Assembly (NCBI RefSeq): GCF_009914755.1 | Contig: NC_060929.1 | Length of the DNA: 64,000 nt | DNA from: the human T2T-CHM13v2.0 reference genome, Homo sapiens | Direction: 5' to 3' (one strand) | Shown here: positions 17,226 to 32,079 of the stretch, in pieces | Numbering within the stretch: position 1 is the first letter of the stretch | Layout of the letters: each line of letters begins with the position of its first letter | The notes under the pieces: generated by a model | What the model saw: the letters and a program-made list of their open reading frames with translations, nothing else | Databases searched by the model: none | Told to the model about the DNA's origin: nothing | Made by a program: the position numbers and the translations under genes

Positions 17226-19580
17226 GGTTTACACCGTGGTTGCTAAAAATTCTGTAGAATACTGTTGGAGATCATTGAGGCGGTGAGAAGGAGGTGGTGT
17301 GGATGACACCTGCCTGAGGAGATTTTCAATGTGGATGCAACAGTTTAATTTTAGAAGATGCCTGATAGAGTGTAGGTAAAGCAAAGAGAACAGCACAGCC
17401 AGTTTTAAAGCTTCGGGAGCCCTGCTCACACATGAGTGTGATGGCAATCCATCCAGGGACTGCAAGCTTGGACCCTTCTTGATTATGTTTTACTTACTGA
17501 CACACATACTTACGAAGAGCTTCTGGAACTAAGTAGCTGCTTCTTTGTGAGTGGGAGGAGGCAGGATGAGCCTTAGAAGTTGCTCCTTAGGTCACCCCTA
17601 ATATTTACAGGACCTGGGGCCGAGCGTTCAAGGTTAGATAAAATAAGTTCTAACACTTACTTTGACAAATACGCTTTCAAAATAGTCTGGAAGGCCAGGC
17701 TCAAATTTTGAATTTTCAAACTCCTTGGAGTTTCATGCTGAAATGTGGTGGCTAGGAGAAGGCTGGGCCCAAGCTCATTGGCCCCCACCTGAGCCCCCTT
17801 CCCTTTCCATCACTGTCTCCTTCATTGCAAGCATCTTTGAGTACATGTGTGTGGATGCCCCACCTGGAATGTCCAGAGCCTCTGCAAATAGCTGCCCTGG
17901 ACATTCTTTGGGCTTGGGAGTGTAAATACCAGTGGTGTGGTTTACCCCTGGGAGGATGCACCTATGGACAAGGCCTGTACAGGTCCTGCAAGCAGGCTTG
18001 GGGTTGTTTGGGCAGAGAATTCAAGGCTCTTGAGCATCTAGGAAGTGGTCTAGAAGGGCTCTGGGTGGGCACATGCCCTTGGTCTTGCAGATTCCTCTTG
18101 CGGTAGAGACAGACATAATCCAAAAAAATGTCAGAGTGGGGCTTTCTAAAACACAAGGTCCAGGTACCGGGAGATACTGCCGAGCGGTGTGATTTTAAGT
18201 CACAGTGAAGCTTATCATGAAGAACTGGACCATGGAGGTAGGGAAAGATGCTACTTCACCAATAGGTCATTTCTCAAGATGACTATCTGGGAAATAAACT
18301 GTGAACAGGACACATTGGTCTATCCCTTAAAGACCTGAGTGGATTCTTTGATTCATACTGAAGTAGAGAGAGAATGGGGTCAATTGCAAATACCACCTGC
18401 CTGTTAGCTTTCAAGGAGTATGGATAGATTTTGCCTCATTTGAGAACGAGTAAACATCAGCAACACATGAGCCCAGTAAAAAAATACTGCAGAACAATGG
18501 ATAAAGGACAGTACTCTGGAACCTCATAGAAAGATTCTATCTCTGAAGAGCCTATAGGAACAAGAAGAAAATTACAGGAGATTGTTTAGAATCTGCAATA
18601 ATAGAATTCAATGAGGCATTGTGTTGTGAAACAGGAACATAACACCATGATGAGACAACAGGCTGAAAGAAGACAGCATGTTGAGATATGGAAGGCTTTC
18701 AAGTAAACCAAGAGCACAATAACATGATCAGTACCTAACTGTAAATCAGAATCAGTTATGTACTGAACAAATTTGAGAAGCTTTTCTAGGATGCAGAAAA
18801 AAATGCACAAGCAGAAGGAAAGAGAGAAAATGAAACCTCTAACATTTGATTACTTTGTGTTTCTAGGGAAGACAGCATAACACATGGAATAGAAGCAATC
18901 ATAAAAGATGAAATAAAACCTAAGTTTGCAGGCTGCAGGGGTTCACTGCATTTCAGATGAAAACAGAAGAGATCCACATCTACATATATTCAAAGAAAAA
19001 TTTTGAATTATACAGATTTTTAAAAAGTCCTATAAATCTATTTAGAAATGATAATTTATCTGTCAATTGCAGGAATTATTGAGTAGTTTTTTCTCCTAAA
19101 AGCACTCTGATGCTATTTTGGGAAACTGACTCCTCTCTACTTGAGTCATTACAATGGAACCATAAGTCAAGATATTTTGTCCTTTCCTGCCAAGAAATGG
19201 GAATGCAACCTGAGACTGACAGGAGTGTCTCTCTGGAACTGAAACTTTAGCAGAGCAATAAAATGACAGAATATAGTTGTATCTGCTCATTCATCCTAGT
19301 TGCAATGCCATAATGTCTTTTATCACTTCTTACAAATTCTAGGATTGGCCCTTGTTTCTTTTTCAAACCTGTTGGGTTACCTTTTCTAGGTTCTAAGTTC
19401 CCCTATATTCTGCTTATAACTTCCACTTTTGCTCCAGTTGGCAAGATACCCTAAGAGAAAGGTAGATTTTTGAGGAGCGGGGAAACTGGCCAGAATGGGG
19501 AAAAGGGGGAAAATTCGCTTTCATATTGCGGGTTAGTATCCCAACAGTGTAAAACAACTGTTACGTTCCCTCTATGTGCG

Positions 19581-19594
19581 CCAGAAGGTGGTGC
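19581..19594 (+). promoter_or_regulatory. Candidate CTCF core motif
   Basis: gcgCCAGAAGGTGGTGCtc resembles CCASYAGRKGGCRS and lies in unique-looking sequence. Motif match only. Confidence 0.4.
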
Positions 19595-19878
19595 TCTGAA
19601 AAACTGAGTAGCTGATGGCAAAAAATAATTTAAACATTCTGGAACAACAGGGTAGGATGGCTGCTTCTGGTGGCATTGAATAACATAAAGTAAGAGAATA
19701 GCAAAATCAGATCTCTAAATTATCACATCAGGCTAATTTTCTGTGGCCTTTCTGTTTGGGTCTTCAAGACTCACAATTACTGATATAATCATGTTGCTGT
19801 GGGCATATTTCATATGACCTTCCTTCCTTATTTTATTAGTTTAGATAAGCTGTGAGTGCATTAGACCAGACGGTTTAG

Positions 19879-20198
<320 letters not shown>

Positions 20199-21701
20199 AG
20201 AGAGTTTATTTATTAATTTACTTTATTTATATTCTACACACACACACACATGGACACCCCTTTACACATACTCCTGGGAAAAATGCAGGGAGCAGAGCAC
20301 ACAATTATGGAGGTTTGAAAATACCTTCTTTTTTTCTTTTCTCTTTTTAGCTACACCTGCTGGAATGGGAGTATTTTTAAATACCTTCTAATGACACCAG
20401 CAAATAAACAAAAGTTGTGTTATCTTCACAATCACTATATGCTAGAAGGCTTAAAAAACTTCAGTATCTACAGAATTTGGAGGGAGACAAGTAAAGTTTA
20501 AAATAAGCAAAGTTGTCTTTTGTGTGTGATGGCAATAGAAAGTTATTCTTAGATGTGTATGGGCGCAGGAATCACACCATCCACGCTACCTTCTTGAAAA
20601 AACTGCTCCAGCCAACCAAGAGAAGCAAACTGGAGAGCTAAATAAGGGCAAGCATGGTCTGAAAGGACTTGTGGTTCTCACCTAAGCCTAATCCCAAACC
20701 TAACTGTAACCCTGCACTCAGGACCCCTGTGGAGTGTTTATTTTCAGGGGGATTTTGCAGGCAAAGGTGAAGCTTGGTCCAGCAGTGCTTCCTCAAGCTG
20801 CTTCCTCACCCTGCTGCTCATTTCCTGTACCAGGAAATGTGTCTCTCACCATACCTCCTTTGCTCCCTGGTGCAGCTAGAATTTAAAGCTTTGTTTGGTG
20901 AACATAGGCAATTTGTATTTTGTTTATGTATTTGCAAACAAAAGTAATCTGTACAGAGGGTAATGATTCAGTGCTGAGAAATAAATACATTTTCCCCTGA
21001 TTCCACCAAGCAGGATGCTTAATGAAACATAATGAACTTTTTTATTGCCAAGCCGAGTAATGATTTTCTGAGTCTTTAAAACTTATATTGGAGGATTTTA
21101 TCCTACAAAAATAAAAGAATTAGCTTATAAGGATATGTATAAAGATACACATTGAATGTGACAAAGCGAAGTAAAACAACTTGAATGCCATCAATAGGGA
21201 GTGATTGAATAAACTGTGGCATGTCCAGATTTCTAGAATATTACATAGCTACTAATAAGGAGTTCGATTTATATGCAATGACCGATAGGAAAGGCCACCA
21301 GCAAAGTACATTGCAGAGAAATGTATATAAATGATTGTATTTTTTGTAAAATCAGAAAAGCCTTTTATTGGTGTGAATATTTTCAGTTGTGTGCATTCAT
21401 ATGAATGTAGAAAAATGTGGACACTAAATTAACATTTCTTGTTTTCAGGAAGGGATAATAGCAGGAGTGAGAGTCATGGGAAAGGCAAATGTTGGGTTTT
21501 TCTTTGATACTCAGGATTTTTTTTTCTTGGAAAATAAGCGGCAATACAAGCATGTATTGTTTTTTCAGTTTGAAAGAAATCTGATAGAGTAGATAATAAA
21601 GATAATTTATCTTGAATGAAATGACTTCAGTATTTTTTTAAATTGAGAAAGATGAATACATGACCCAGGGACAGAAGTGATGTCAAATTCCTTTGCACAT
21701 C

Positions 21702-21745
21702 ATTTTCTACCTATGATTTTCTATCTATGATTTTCTATCTATGAT
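21702..21745. repeat. 14-bp tandem repeat, about 3 copies (attttctatctatg)
   Basis: attttctacctatg attttctatctatg attttctatctatg at. Confidence 0.9.
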
Positions 21746-22071
21746 GTGTATCTGCTTAAAAATTACTGTATATTAATTGTTCTCTACTTGATCATTTATA
21801 TACCATATAATCCAGCCTTTATATGTGTGCAGTTTGGTGATTTTTACTATACTTGGAATGGTGCAACCTGCAAACATCACCACTATCTAATTACAGAACA
21901 GTTTCATCACCCCAAAGAGAAATCCTGCACCCATTAGCAGTCATTCTTCATTCTCTGCCCTTCCACCCATCCAGACCTGGGCATCTACTTCTGTGTGTAT
22001 GGATTTGCCTATTCTGAAACTTCATATAAATGATCCTACAATATGTTGCCTTTTGTGTCTAGCTTCTTTGA

Positions 22072-22432
<361 letters not shown>

Positions 22433-23254
22433 ATTTCATTCCTTTTATAGACAAATAATATTCTCTTATAGTGGCATATTACATTTTGTTTATCCATTCA
22501 TCAGTTGATTGACATTTAAATTGTTTCCATTTTTTGTCTATTTTGAATATGGCTGCTATGAACATTTGCGGACAAGTTTTTGTGTGGACACATGTTTTAA
22601 ATTTTTTTTTGTATATACCTAGGAGTGAAATTGCTGGATCATGTTAGCTCCATGTTTAACATTTTTTGGAAACCATCACATTGTTTTCCAAATCAGCTGT
22701 GCCATTTTGTAATACCACAAAGAAAGTATGAGGGTTAAAATGTCTTCATATCCTTGCCAACACTTGCTATTTTCTGTTTTTTTAATTGTGGTTATCCTGA
22801 TGGGTATGAAATGGTTTTGATTTTCTTTATCCCAATGACATGCCGTTGAACATTTAAAATGTTCTTTTGGTTATTTGTATTTCTTCTCCAAATAATTGTC
22901 TTTTCAAATTCTTTGCCCATTTAAAATAGTTGAGCTCTTTGTCTTCTTCTTATTGTTGAGTTGTAAGAGTCCTTTGCTCTGTATAGAAGTCCCTTGGCAG
23001 CTACATGATTTGCAAATATTTTCTCCCATTCTGTGGGTTCTCTTTTCATTTTCTTGACAGTATCATTTGAAACACAGAAATTTTAAATTTTGATGTAAGT
23101 CCAATTTATCTATTTTTTTCTTTTCATGCTTTGTGTTTTATCTAAGAAACTACTGCCTAATCCAGGAAGATTTAGTCCTGTAAAATTCTTTCTTCTAAGA
23201 ATTTTACAGTTTTAGCTTTTACATGTAGGCCTATGATCCTGAGTTCATTTTTGT

Positions 23255-23378
23255 CTTTTTGAGATGGGGTCTTGCTATGTTGCCCAGGCTGGTCTCAAGC
23301 TCCTGAGCTTGAGATCAGGGATCCTCCTGCCTCTCAGCCTCCTGAGTAGCAGGACTACAGGTACATGTCACTGTTTCT
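23255..23378 (-). mobile_element. FLAM-like Alu monomer
   Basis: gagatggggtcttgctatgttgcccaggctggtctc...cagcctcctgagtagc; degenerate TSD ctgagtt.a.tttt. Confidence 0.75.
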
Positions 23379-24614
23379 GAGTTAACTTTTATATATGGTG
23401 TGAAGTAGAGGTCAAACTTTATTTTTGGCATGTAGATATTCTGTCGTCCCAGCACCATTTATTTAAAAAAAACTATTCTGTCCATATTCAAGTGTCTTGT
23501 CACCCTTGTCGAAAATCAGTTGATGATAGGCATCCAGGCTTATTTCTGGACTCTCAATTAATTCTATTGATCTGTTTGTCTATCTTTATGACTGTACCAT
23601 ACTTCATTACTGTTGCTTAGTAGTAAGTGTTGTAAGTGGGAAGTGTGAATCCTCTCAATTTTGTTCTTCTTTTTAAAGATTTTTTTTTTTTTTTTTTTTG
23701 CTATTCTGGGTCCCATGCAGCTGTATATAAATTTTAGGATCAGCTTGCCAATGTCTGCAAAGAAACCAGGTGAATTTTTATAGAGATTACATTGAATCTG
23801 TAGAACAATTTGGGAAGTACTGCCATCTTAACAATATTAAGCCTTCCAATCCATAAACAGGGGATGTCTTTCTATTTATTTAGAACTTAAATTTCAGTAT
23901 ACAAGTCTTGCACTTCTTTTGTTAAATTTATTCCTAAGTATTTTATTCTTTTTGATGCTATTGTAACTAAAACTGTTTTCTTAATTGCAGTTTCATGTTG
24001 TTCATTGCTAGTGTATAGAAATATAGCTGCTTTTTGTATATTGATCTTGTGTTGTGAAACTTGCTGAACACTTTAATTAATTTTTATAGTTTTTTTGCAT
24101 TCCTTAGGATTTTCTATATACAAGATCATGTTATCTCTGAGCAGAGATGGTTCTACTTCTTCCTTACAATTGGATATTATCTATTTCTCTTGCCCAGGCA
24201 AATTTGTGTTCAGTACAACATTGAATAGGGTGGTAAAAGTGAATATTTTTCCTGTTTTTAATGGTAGGGGGAAAGCATTCAGTCTTTCCCTATTAAGTAT
24301 TATGTTAACTGTAGATTTTTTAAAAGATGCTCTTTATTGGACTGAGAAAGTTCCCTTCTATTTCTACTTTGTTGAATGCTTTTATCATGAAAGGGTGTTG
24401 GATTTCATCAATTTTGTCTTCTGTATCTATCGAGGTAATCATATGGGGTTTGTTCTTTATTCTATTAATATTGTGTATTACATTGATTGTTTATCAGATG
24501 TTAAACCAATGTTGCATTCTTGTGATAAACTCCACTTGGTCATGGTGTATAATCTTTTTGTGTGTTGCTGGAGTCAGTTTGTTAGCATTTTCTTGAGTAT
24601 TTTTGCGTTTATAT

Positions 24615-24790
24615 TGTGCTAGTCTATTTTGCATTGCTGTACAGTAATACTTGAGATTGGGTAATTTATAAAGAAAAGAGGTTTGTTTGGCTTGAAGTTC
24701 TGCAGGCTGTACATGAAGCTAGTGCTGGCATCCGTTTCTGCTGAGGTGCTCAGGAAGCTTACGATCATGATGGAAGGTGAAGGGAAGCCA
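24615..24790 (-). mobile_element. MST (MaLR) LTR fragment, about half an LTR
   Basis: tagtctattttgcattgctg...gggtaatttataaagaaaagaggtt...ggaaggtgaagggaagc. Confidence 0.8.
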
Positions 24791-25848
24791 TGACAAAATG
24801 CCAAAAGCAATTGCAACAAAAGCAAAAAATGACAAATGGGATCTAATTAAACTTAGAGCTTCTGTACAGCAAAAGAAACTGTCAACAGAGTAAATGACCT
24901 ACAGAATGGGAGAAAATATCTGCAAACTATGCCTCTGGCAAAAGTCTAATATCCCGCATCTACAAAGAACTTAAACAAATTTACAACAAACAAACAACCC
25001 CATTAAAAAGTAGGTAAAGGACATGAACAGACATTTTTCAAAAGAAGACATACATGCGGCCAACAAGCATATGAGAAAAAGCTCAACATCACTGATCATT
25101 GGAGAAATGCAAATCAAAACCACAATGAGACACCATCTCACACCAGTCAGAATGGCTATTATTAAAAAGTCAAAAAAATAACAGATGCTGGCAAGTTTGC
25201 AGAGAAAAGGGGACGCGTATACACTGTTGGTGGGAGTGTAAATTAGTTCAAATTGTGGAAAGCAGTGTGTGAGTCCTCAAAGAGCTAAAAACAGAGCTAC
25301 CATCTAACCCAGCAATCCCATTACTGGATATATACCCAAAGGAATATAAATCACCCTACCACAAAGACACATGGCGTGCATATGTTCAATGCAGCATTAT
25401 TCACAATAGCAAAGACATGAAATCAATCTAAGTGCCCATCAATGGCAGATTGGACAAATAAAACATGGTACATACAGACCATGGAATACCATATAGCTAT
25501 AAAAAAGAATGAGATCATGTCTATTGTGGGAATATGGTTGGAGCTGGAGGCCATTATCCTTAGCAAACTAATGCAGGAACAGAAAACCAAATACTGCATG
25601 TTCTCATTTACAAGTGGGAGCTAAATGATGAGAACTCATGGACACAAGGAGGGGAACAATAGACACTGGGGCCTACTTGAGGGTGGAGGATGGGAGGAGG
25701 GAGGGGATCAGAAAAAATAACTGTTGGGTACTAGGCTCAGTACCTTGGTGGTGAAATAAGCTGTATAACAAACCCCCACATGTACCCCAGAGCCCCCTAT
25801 ATAACAAACATGCACACGTACCCCAGAACCTAAAAGTTAAAAAAAAAG
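24790..25848 (+). mobile_element. 5'-truncated L1PB/L1PA13-16-like 3' fragment
   Basis: ORF2 C-terminus (caaaagcaattgcaacaaaagc; LEAIILSKLMQEQKTKYCMFS), 3'UTR and poly-A. Confidence 0.88.
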
Positions 25849-26045
25849 AGTGTGTTCTTTAATTTTCATGGTTGTATATTTCCCAAGTTTCTTTCAGTCA
25901 TTATTTCTAATTTCATTCCGCTGCGGTTTGGGAACATATTCCGTCTATTTTTAATCTTGTAAATTTATTGAAGCTCATCTTATGGCTTAACATATGGTCT
26001 ATTCTGGAGAATTTTTCATGCGCATTTGAAATTATTTGCTGTTGA

Positions 26046-26396
<351 letters not shown>

Positions 26397-29159
26397 TGAT
26401 GTTGTATATTACTTTGAAATGTTGGCTTGTACAATCTTGGATATATTACATAATTGCAATTATATAAAAATTCTCAGCAAAATATTGTGAGGAAACATAA
26501 AGATTTTAATAACTACCTAGTGAGACTATGGATGGCTTTCCCTCCTTATTCTCTTTCTCTGTATTTTTCAAATTTCTTGTGATGAGCATATATTTTCAAA
26601 TAATGATAAAATAAACTCCAGTTTATGAATCAGTCAGGATAGAAGAGTACATCTGGGAAGGCTTTCTGGAGGAGGTGATAAAATTGTGGTAAGATTTATC
26701 CAGACATATTTGTTACCATTCTGAGCATTGTGCAAACAGCAGGTCCTCTGTAGCTGTTTGTTGAGTTGAAGATAACAGTTTTGTGAGGATGATTTGAATT
26801 TCCATCTGTTCAAATATTAAATATAAATATAAGGAGTTGACTGGTTACTTTAGCTTTCACACTAAACTTGTAGTGTTTGGGCAGCTCATAAGTAAAATAT
26901 CAGAAAAAAAATCCCTAAGAATTGGAATCCTCAATCTTTGAGATGAATTTCCTAATATATGCCAATAGCCTTTTTTGCTGTTGCCAGTTTTAGTATTTGG
27001 CAGCTCCATAGTCAATATTTTTAATTTTATGTTGGAGGAATCTTAAGTAAAGTTTTGCAAAGTTTTGCTGGATATATTTTGCTAGTTGTTCAACATATTA
27101 GGTCCTTTTTAGTTCCCCCTCTATGAAATAATTATGCTTACTTGTTTGTGATTACATTAGAGAGTAACAAAAACATTTATTAGTTTATATCCACATTTGG
27201 TCTAAAGATTTGCAATGGATTGAAGAAGGTAAGGTTATTTCCTATAACTTTCAAGAACTTCTTTAATGTACATTTTGCAAAGCTTACAGAGAGTATGGCT
27301 CTGCTGTGATTTCTAACAGCTCCTTTTTGCTCACAGGCAGAGTATCTGTGGAATCAGCTTTTCTTGTACTAGGGTTGGGTTGTAAATTGTAGTGCCATCT
27401 GCAAATAGACTAATAACATGTGAGGCAATGCCAGTTTTTATGCCTTATAATTTGGGATGATTCTCATCACAACTGTGAGTGGCTCTATTGTGAAAGCAAA
27501 AGGAACAAATTGATTATAGTCTCATTTCTCTGTAGACTGCAGTCCAGACTGCAAAATTTATTTTAGAGCAAGCTTTGGCTTCCTTACACAGATAAATAAT
27601 CACCTAAAATACAGTTCTTCCAAATCATATTTTCTTTTATTTCTGAAGAAATATTCCCTCCAGGGAGCTTCTACTGCGTGGTCACATTTATGCTGTTTAT
27701 GGTAGTAAATTAAATTAAAATTTCCTTTATTTGTGTTTGCCAAGTTTCTGTTCCTAATGTCTGCTGTGTTGGGGAGTGACAGGAGTCATAAGACTGTTTT
27801 TGTTGTTGTATCTCTATTGAGTTAGAACAAGAGCAAAAAATAGACATTTTTCTATTTGCTAAAATGCACAGTGACAATCCAAACAAAAATAAAAATCGAT
27901 GAGGATCCCATTTTGCCCCATTCTCTTGCTGCTGTTAAGATTTTCAATGATTTTTTTTCCGATTCCTTTTTCTTTGATCAGATATTGAAGTCAGAGTGAG
28001 AGTTTTGGATTCATTGAATTTCAGACAAATGGTTATATGCCTAAGAAAGGTAAATGACAAGTTCTTTTTCTTCCCTTTCAAATTCTCATGGTATCTGTTT
28101 TACTTACACAGGAGGAGAGAGAGAGAGAGAGTGTGTGTTTGTGTGTGTTTGTGTATTCGTATGAAACTAGAAGGAGATATTGTACATTGTACAGTTGAAA
28201 ATATTTGGCCTGCAATTTTATTCTTTATTTTGTCTCTAAAAGTTTATCACAGAAATTTCTTTCAGTTGTTAACTGTGAGTTTCAGGATACCAAGAGGGCT
28301 GCTCCACACCAAAAAAAACTGATGGTTATGTCTACATTAAGTTTTAAGACTGAATGTGTCAATTCAAGGGCTGGAGGAGACATAGAGGTGTCCTGGGCAG
28401 AAAAATGATCTGATGCACCTTCAAACCAGTGTTCTTGAGATGTTTAATCAAATTTATTGAGAAGAAATGCTGATCATTCTGCCCTTGGTTTGTTTAGATC
28501 TGGCCCCAGACTTGCAAATTATACTTGGCATAGCAAAGATTCTGCAGTGAATCAGATCAGCCTCTTTTGCTTTTTAGTGGAAAAAGGAAAGAATAATATG
28601 AAAAACACTTATGTAACCACCACCATACAAAATTATAAAAGTGTTTAATATTTGGACATAATTGCTATATTCCCTCTTCCTCTTCTTCTTCCTCTACTTG
28701 TTTTTTTTTCTTAAAAAAGGAAAATATTACATGAAAGTGAAGGCCTATATATTTTCCACTTTCCCCAGCGGCAACACTATCAAGAATTTGAGCATCCATA
28801 CATTTATACTTTTATGAATCTGTGAACAATATGCAATGCTGCTGTGTGGTTTTGAAGTTTACATGAATTACATACGCTTCACTCAATACTCTGTAACTGG
28901 CTCTTTTCTCTAAACATATTTTCAAGCTCTACCCACGTAGATCCAAGTGGCTAATTAATTTTAACTGCTATTTAGTATTCCATTGTGCAATAACACCACA
29001 CGCAATTTATCTACTCTGATTGATGGATTTTAAGGTTTTCCAAATTTTTCACTATTACAAGCTATTACTGCATTGCTCTTAATATTTAACCATTTAATAT
29101 GATAATTGCTGATGATTTTTGGTAAAGACCCTTTATCAGATTAAGAAAGTTCCCTTATG

Positions 29160-29340
29160 GGGAAAGGAGAGAGGGAGGGTGACCAGGGCTGAAAAACTGC
29201 CTATTGGGTCTTTGCTGAGTACCTGGATGATGGAATCATTCGTACCCCAACCCCAGGGTCACAACATACCCATGTAACAAATCTGCACATGTACCCCCTG
29301 AATCCAAAATAAAAGTTGAAATTATAAAATAAAAAAAGGA
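29160..29340 (+). mobile_element. Short L1 3'-end insertion (L1PB/L1MA-like)
   Basis: gctgaaaaactgcctattggg...cccatgtaacaaatctgcacatgtaccccctgaatccaaaataaaagttgaaa. Confidence 0.75.
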
Positions 29341-31769
29341 AATTTCGCCTCTGTTGCTTGTTGGCTAAGTGTTTCAAACTCTTCTTACAGTCAGTTTTAT
29401 CTTCCTACTTGGGGGTTTTCCTCCCAGATGCAAAAAGCTTATCACAGATGTTCCTTCAGATTAGATATAATAGTCTGTCTGAAATAGAGATTTCATAAAT
29501 TCATTTCATTATGCTTTCCTTGATGTTTCAGTTCTCCTGGTTGATTGGTGCCCTGGAAAGCTGCCCAAATAACCCATCCCTGCATCTGCCTCTATCAATT
29601 TGGGAAGTCAACCATTAGAGTATTCTTTTAATATCCAGTTTAAAAACTAACTTATAAGTTAAACAAAGACTTCTATTTATTTTATAAGAATTCTTAAATC
29701 TTTGGGGTAGGAATATTCTACCTAAAAACAATGCTTAGCTTAAACAAAAACGGAACCTCTCATAGAAAAAAAAATTGTCATCACAGACTGAGATATTTTT
29801 GCCCCCTAAAGCAAAAATGCTACTTACTTTGGACTTAGTATACTATTTTTAAAATTAAGTATAAAAACACATATCAGACCTGAATTTTAAAAAGTAGTCT
29901 TACTGTAAATACAAGAAAAACTAGATATTTAATAAGGTAAAATGACAGAATGAAATTATATATTTACCATATCTTCAGTACATTTTGTGCTGCACAATGC
30001 ACTTGCAATTATATAAAGCATTCTGTGTGTGCTGTGTATTATAATTGTTGTTAATTTGAGATAACTGAAAATAGGAATTGCATAGACAGTAAATATTTTA
30101 CGTTTTCTCTTTGACTGAAAGTAGGTGACACTTCCTGTGGCTGCCATTTCAACAGTCCCCACTGTATGGCAGCAGCAGCCTGCTCAATCCGCTAGTATCC
30201 ACAGCAATCAATATGGCATTCTTTCCTTTTCTAGGAGCCAGAAAGCCTGTGATTATGTGCATTATGTGATGGAAGAAAGGATGGTATTTAGAGTAAGTCC
30301 CTCAAGATACAGCATTGTATAGTCACAGTGATATTGACGCATGTATCATAATGCATATATCCTTCTATTTTCCTTTTTACCCCCAAATAAGTACATTCTT
30401 CTATCTCTACAGACAACTGTGTTGCACAAGTAACCTTCTTATATCAAATCCACTAGAACATGAGCCAAGATATTGTCAGATATTAAATAATAGGAGAAAC
30501 ATCATCATTCAGAGATGCTGCTAACTACCACTTAGGTAAACAGAAATGTCAGTTTGTGAATGCTTTTCGTATTCACTGCAACATTACTTTCTAAGGCGTG
30601 CGACACTGAAGGAATGTACTCACACTTATGTAAAGCTATGAAGCTGCCATATTGTGCACGCTATTCTCATGTATGCCTGCTGATGTTCAGAGATGGCTAA
30701 GATGCAGAATATTTCCAACTTGTATTGGCAACTCAACCCATAGTTGAAATGGCTTGGGCTTTCCTAAGATAAACAACTGTGGAATCGGGCCTGGCATTAG
30801 GGTCTTTATTTAAGAAGACACCCAGATCTGCTTTAGGAGCCCTCTGCTTCACATTTTCCTTCCAATGGTGAGCCATGATCTTTGAAATCCCAAATATTAG
30901 CAATGACTTAAGATCTTTCTGGAGAGAAGAGTGCTTTAACTGGGTTAAGTTTAGTTATCAACTTAATGCTTTTCAACTAGAAAAAGTTGCGTTTTTCCAG
31001 TCATAGGGACACAGTAGAGTGTGCTAGGTGTGTGGCAAAGCACAGGATAATGTATGTGACATATTTTCTTGGTGGGTCATATTTGGTCATTGAGTAATGT
31101 AACACATTGCTGTTAAGTTCTTACAAATAGACCTGGAATAGAATGCAACATTCACATGAATTTTATGACAAAATGTGAATCTTCAATTAAGTTTCCTGCT
31201 TGCAACAGACTGCTTCTTACCTTACAACTTCCAGATGCTCTGGGGCCACAATTTTCTCTCTTCTACCTTAGTAGACTTCTAGGAAATTTGGGAAGTGCCA
31301 AGTTAGCTTGGATTTATTTTACATTAGCAACTACCTGTAATCTACAGTACAGATAACAGTGGCAATGAAACAAGGAGGAATAAGTTTCAAATGGCAGGTT
31401 GGTATTTAGGAGGACAGGGCCTTGCATGGCCCTAACAGGGCACCATATTGAGAGTCTTGGGCCAGAAGAGAGACAGCATAAGGGACTGGCTGCCTAAAGA
31501 GGTCAGTTGCACCACGTATTTCCCAATTTGCTCATGAAATGCTTGGGACTCTCTTTGGTCTCTGAACCTCTAACTCTGGTATTTTTCTGCTTGTTTTGGT
31601 TACCTCCCTAATTAAGTGACTCTCTAACTGCAAAGGAGCCCATACCATCTTAAATGTGAATACTTAGCATTTGTATTCCTCCAGTCTAGGTCCTACTTAT
31701 TTAGGATGGTCCTGCTCAAGTCTCAAGGCCTAGATTCGGAGAGAGTTAGAGATACTCTGGCACACGCAC

Positions 31770-32077
31770 TTTTTTTTTTTTTTTTTTAAGACACATTCTC
31801 ACTTTGTCACCCAGGCTGGAGTGCAGTTGTGCAATCTCATTTCACTGCAGCCTCAACCTCCTGGGCTAAAGTGATTCTCCCACCTCAGCCCCCCAAGTAG
31901 CTGGGACTACAGGCACTTACCACTATGCCCAGCTATTTTTTTTTTTTTTTTTGTATTTTTTGTAGAGATGAGGTTTTGCCATGTTGCCCGGGCTGGTCTC
32001 AAACTGAGCTCAAGTGATCCACCAGCCTCGGCCTCCCAATGTGCTGAGATTACAGGCATGAGCCACCACGCCCTGCC
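31770..32077 (-). mobile_element. AluJ-like
   Basis: Full Alu with J-type cactgcagcctcaacctcctgggc and tttgtagagat; TSD-like ctggcacac on both sides. Confidence 0.92.
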
Positions 32078-32079
32078 TG

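Noticed and set aside
17585-18170. Possible hAT-Tip100 (MER115/Zaphod-like) remnant
   Set aside because: Resemblance to the recalled consensus is too weak, and TIRs and TSD could not be verified.
20681-20713. Telomere-like degenerate hexamers (cctaagcctaatcccaaacctaactgtaaccc)
   Set aside because: Too short and degenerate to call an interstitial telomeric repeat.
24095-24622. 175-aa hydrophobic ORF
   Set aside because: It is the antisense reading of an old T-rich L1M ORF2 remnant.
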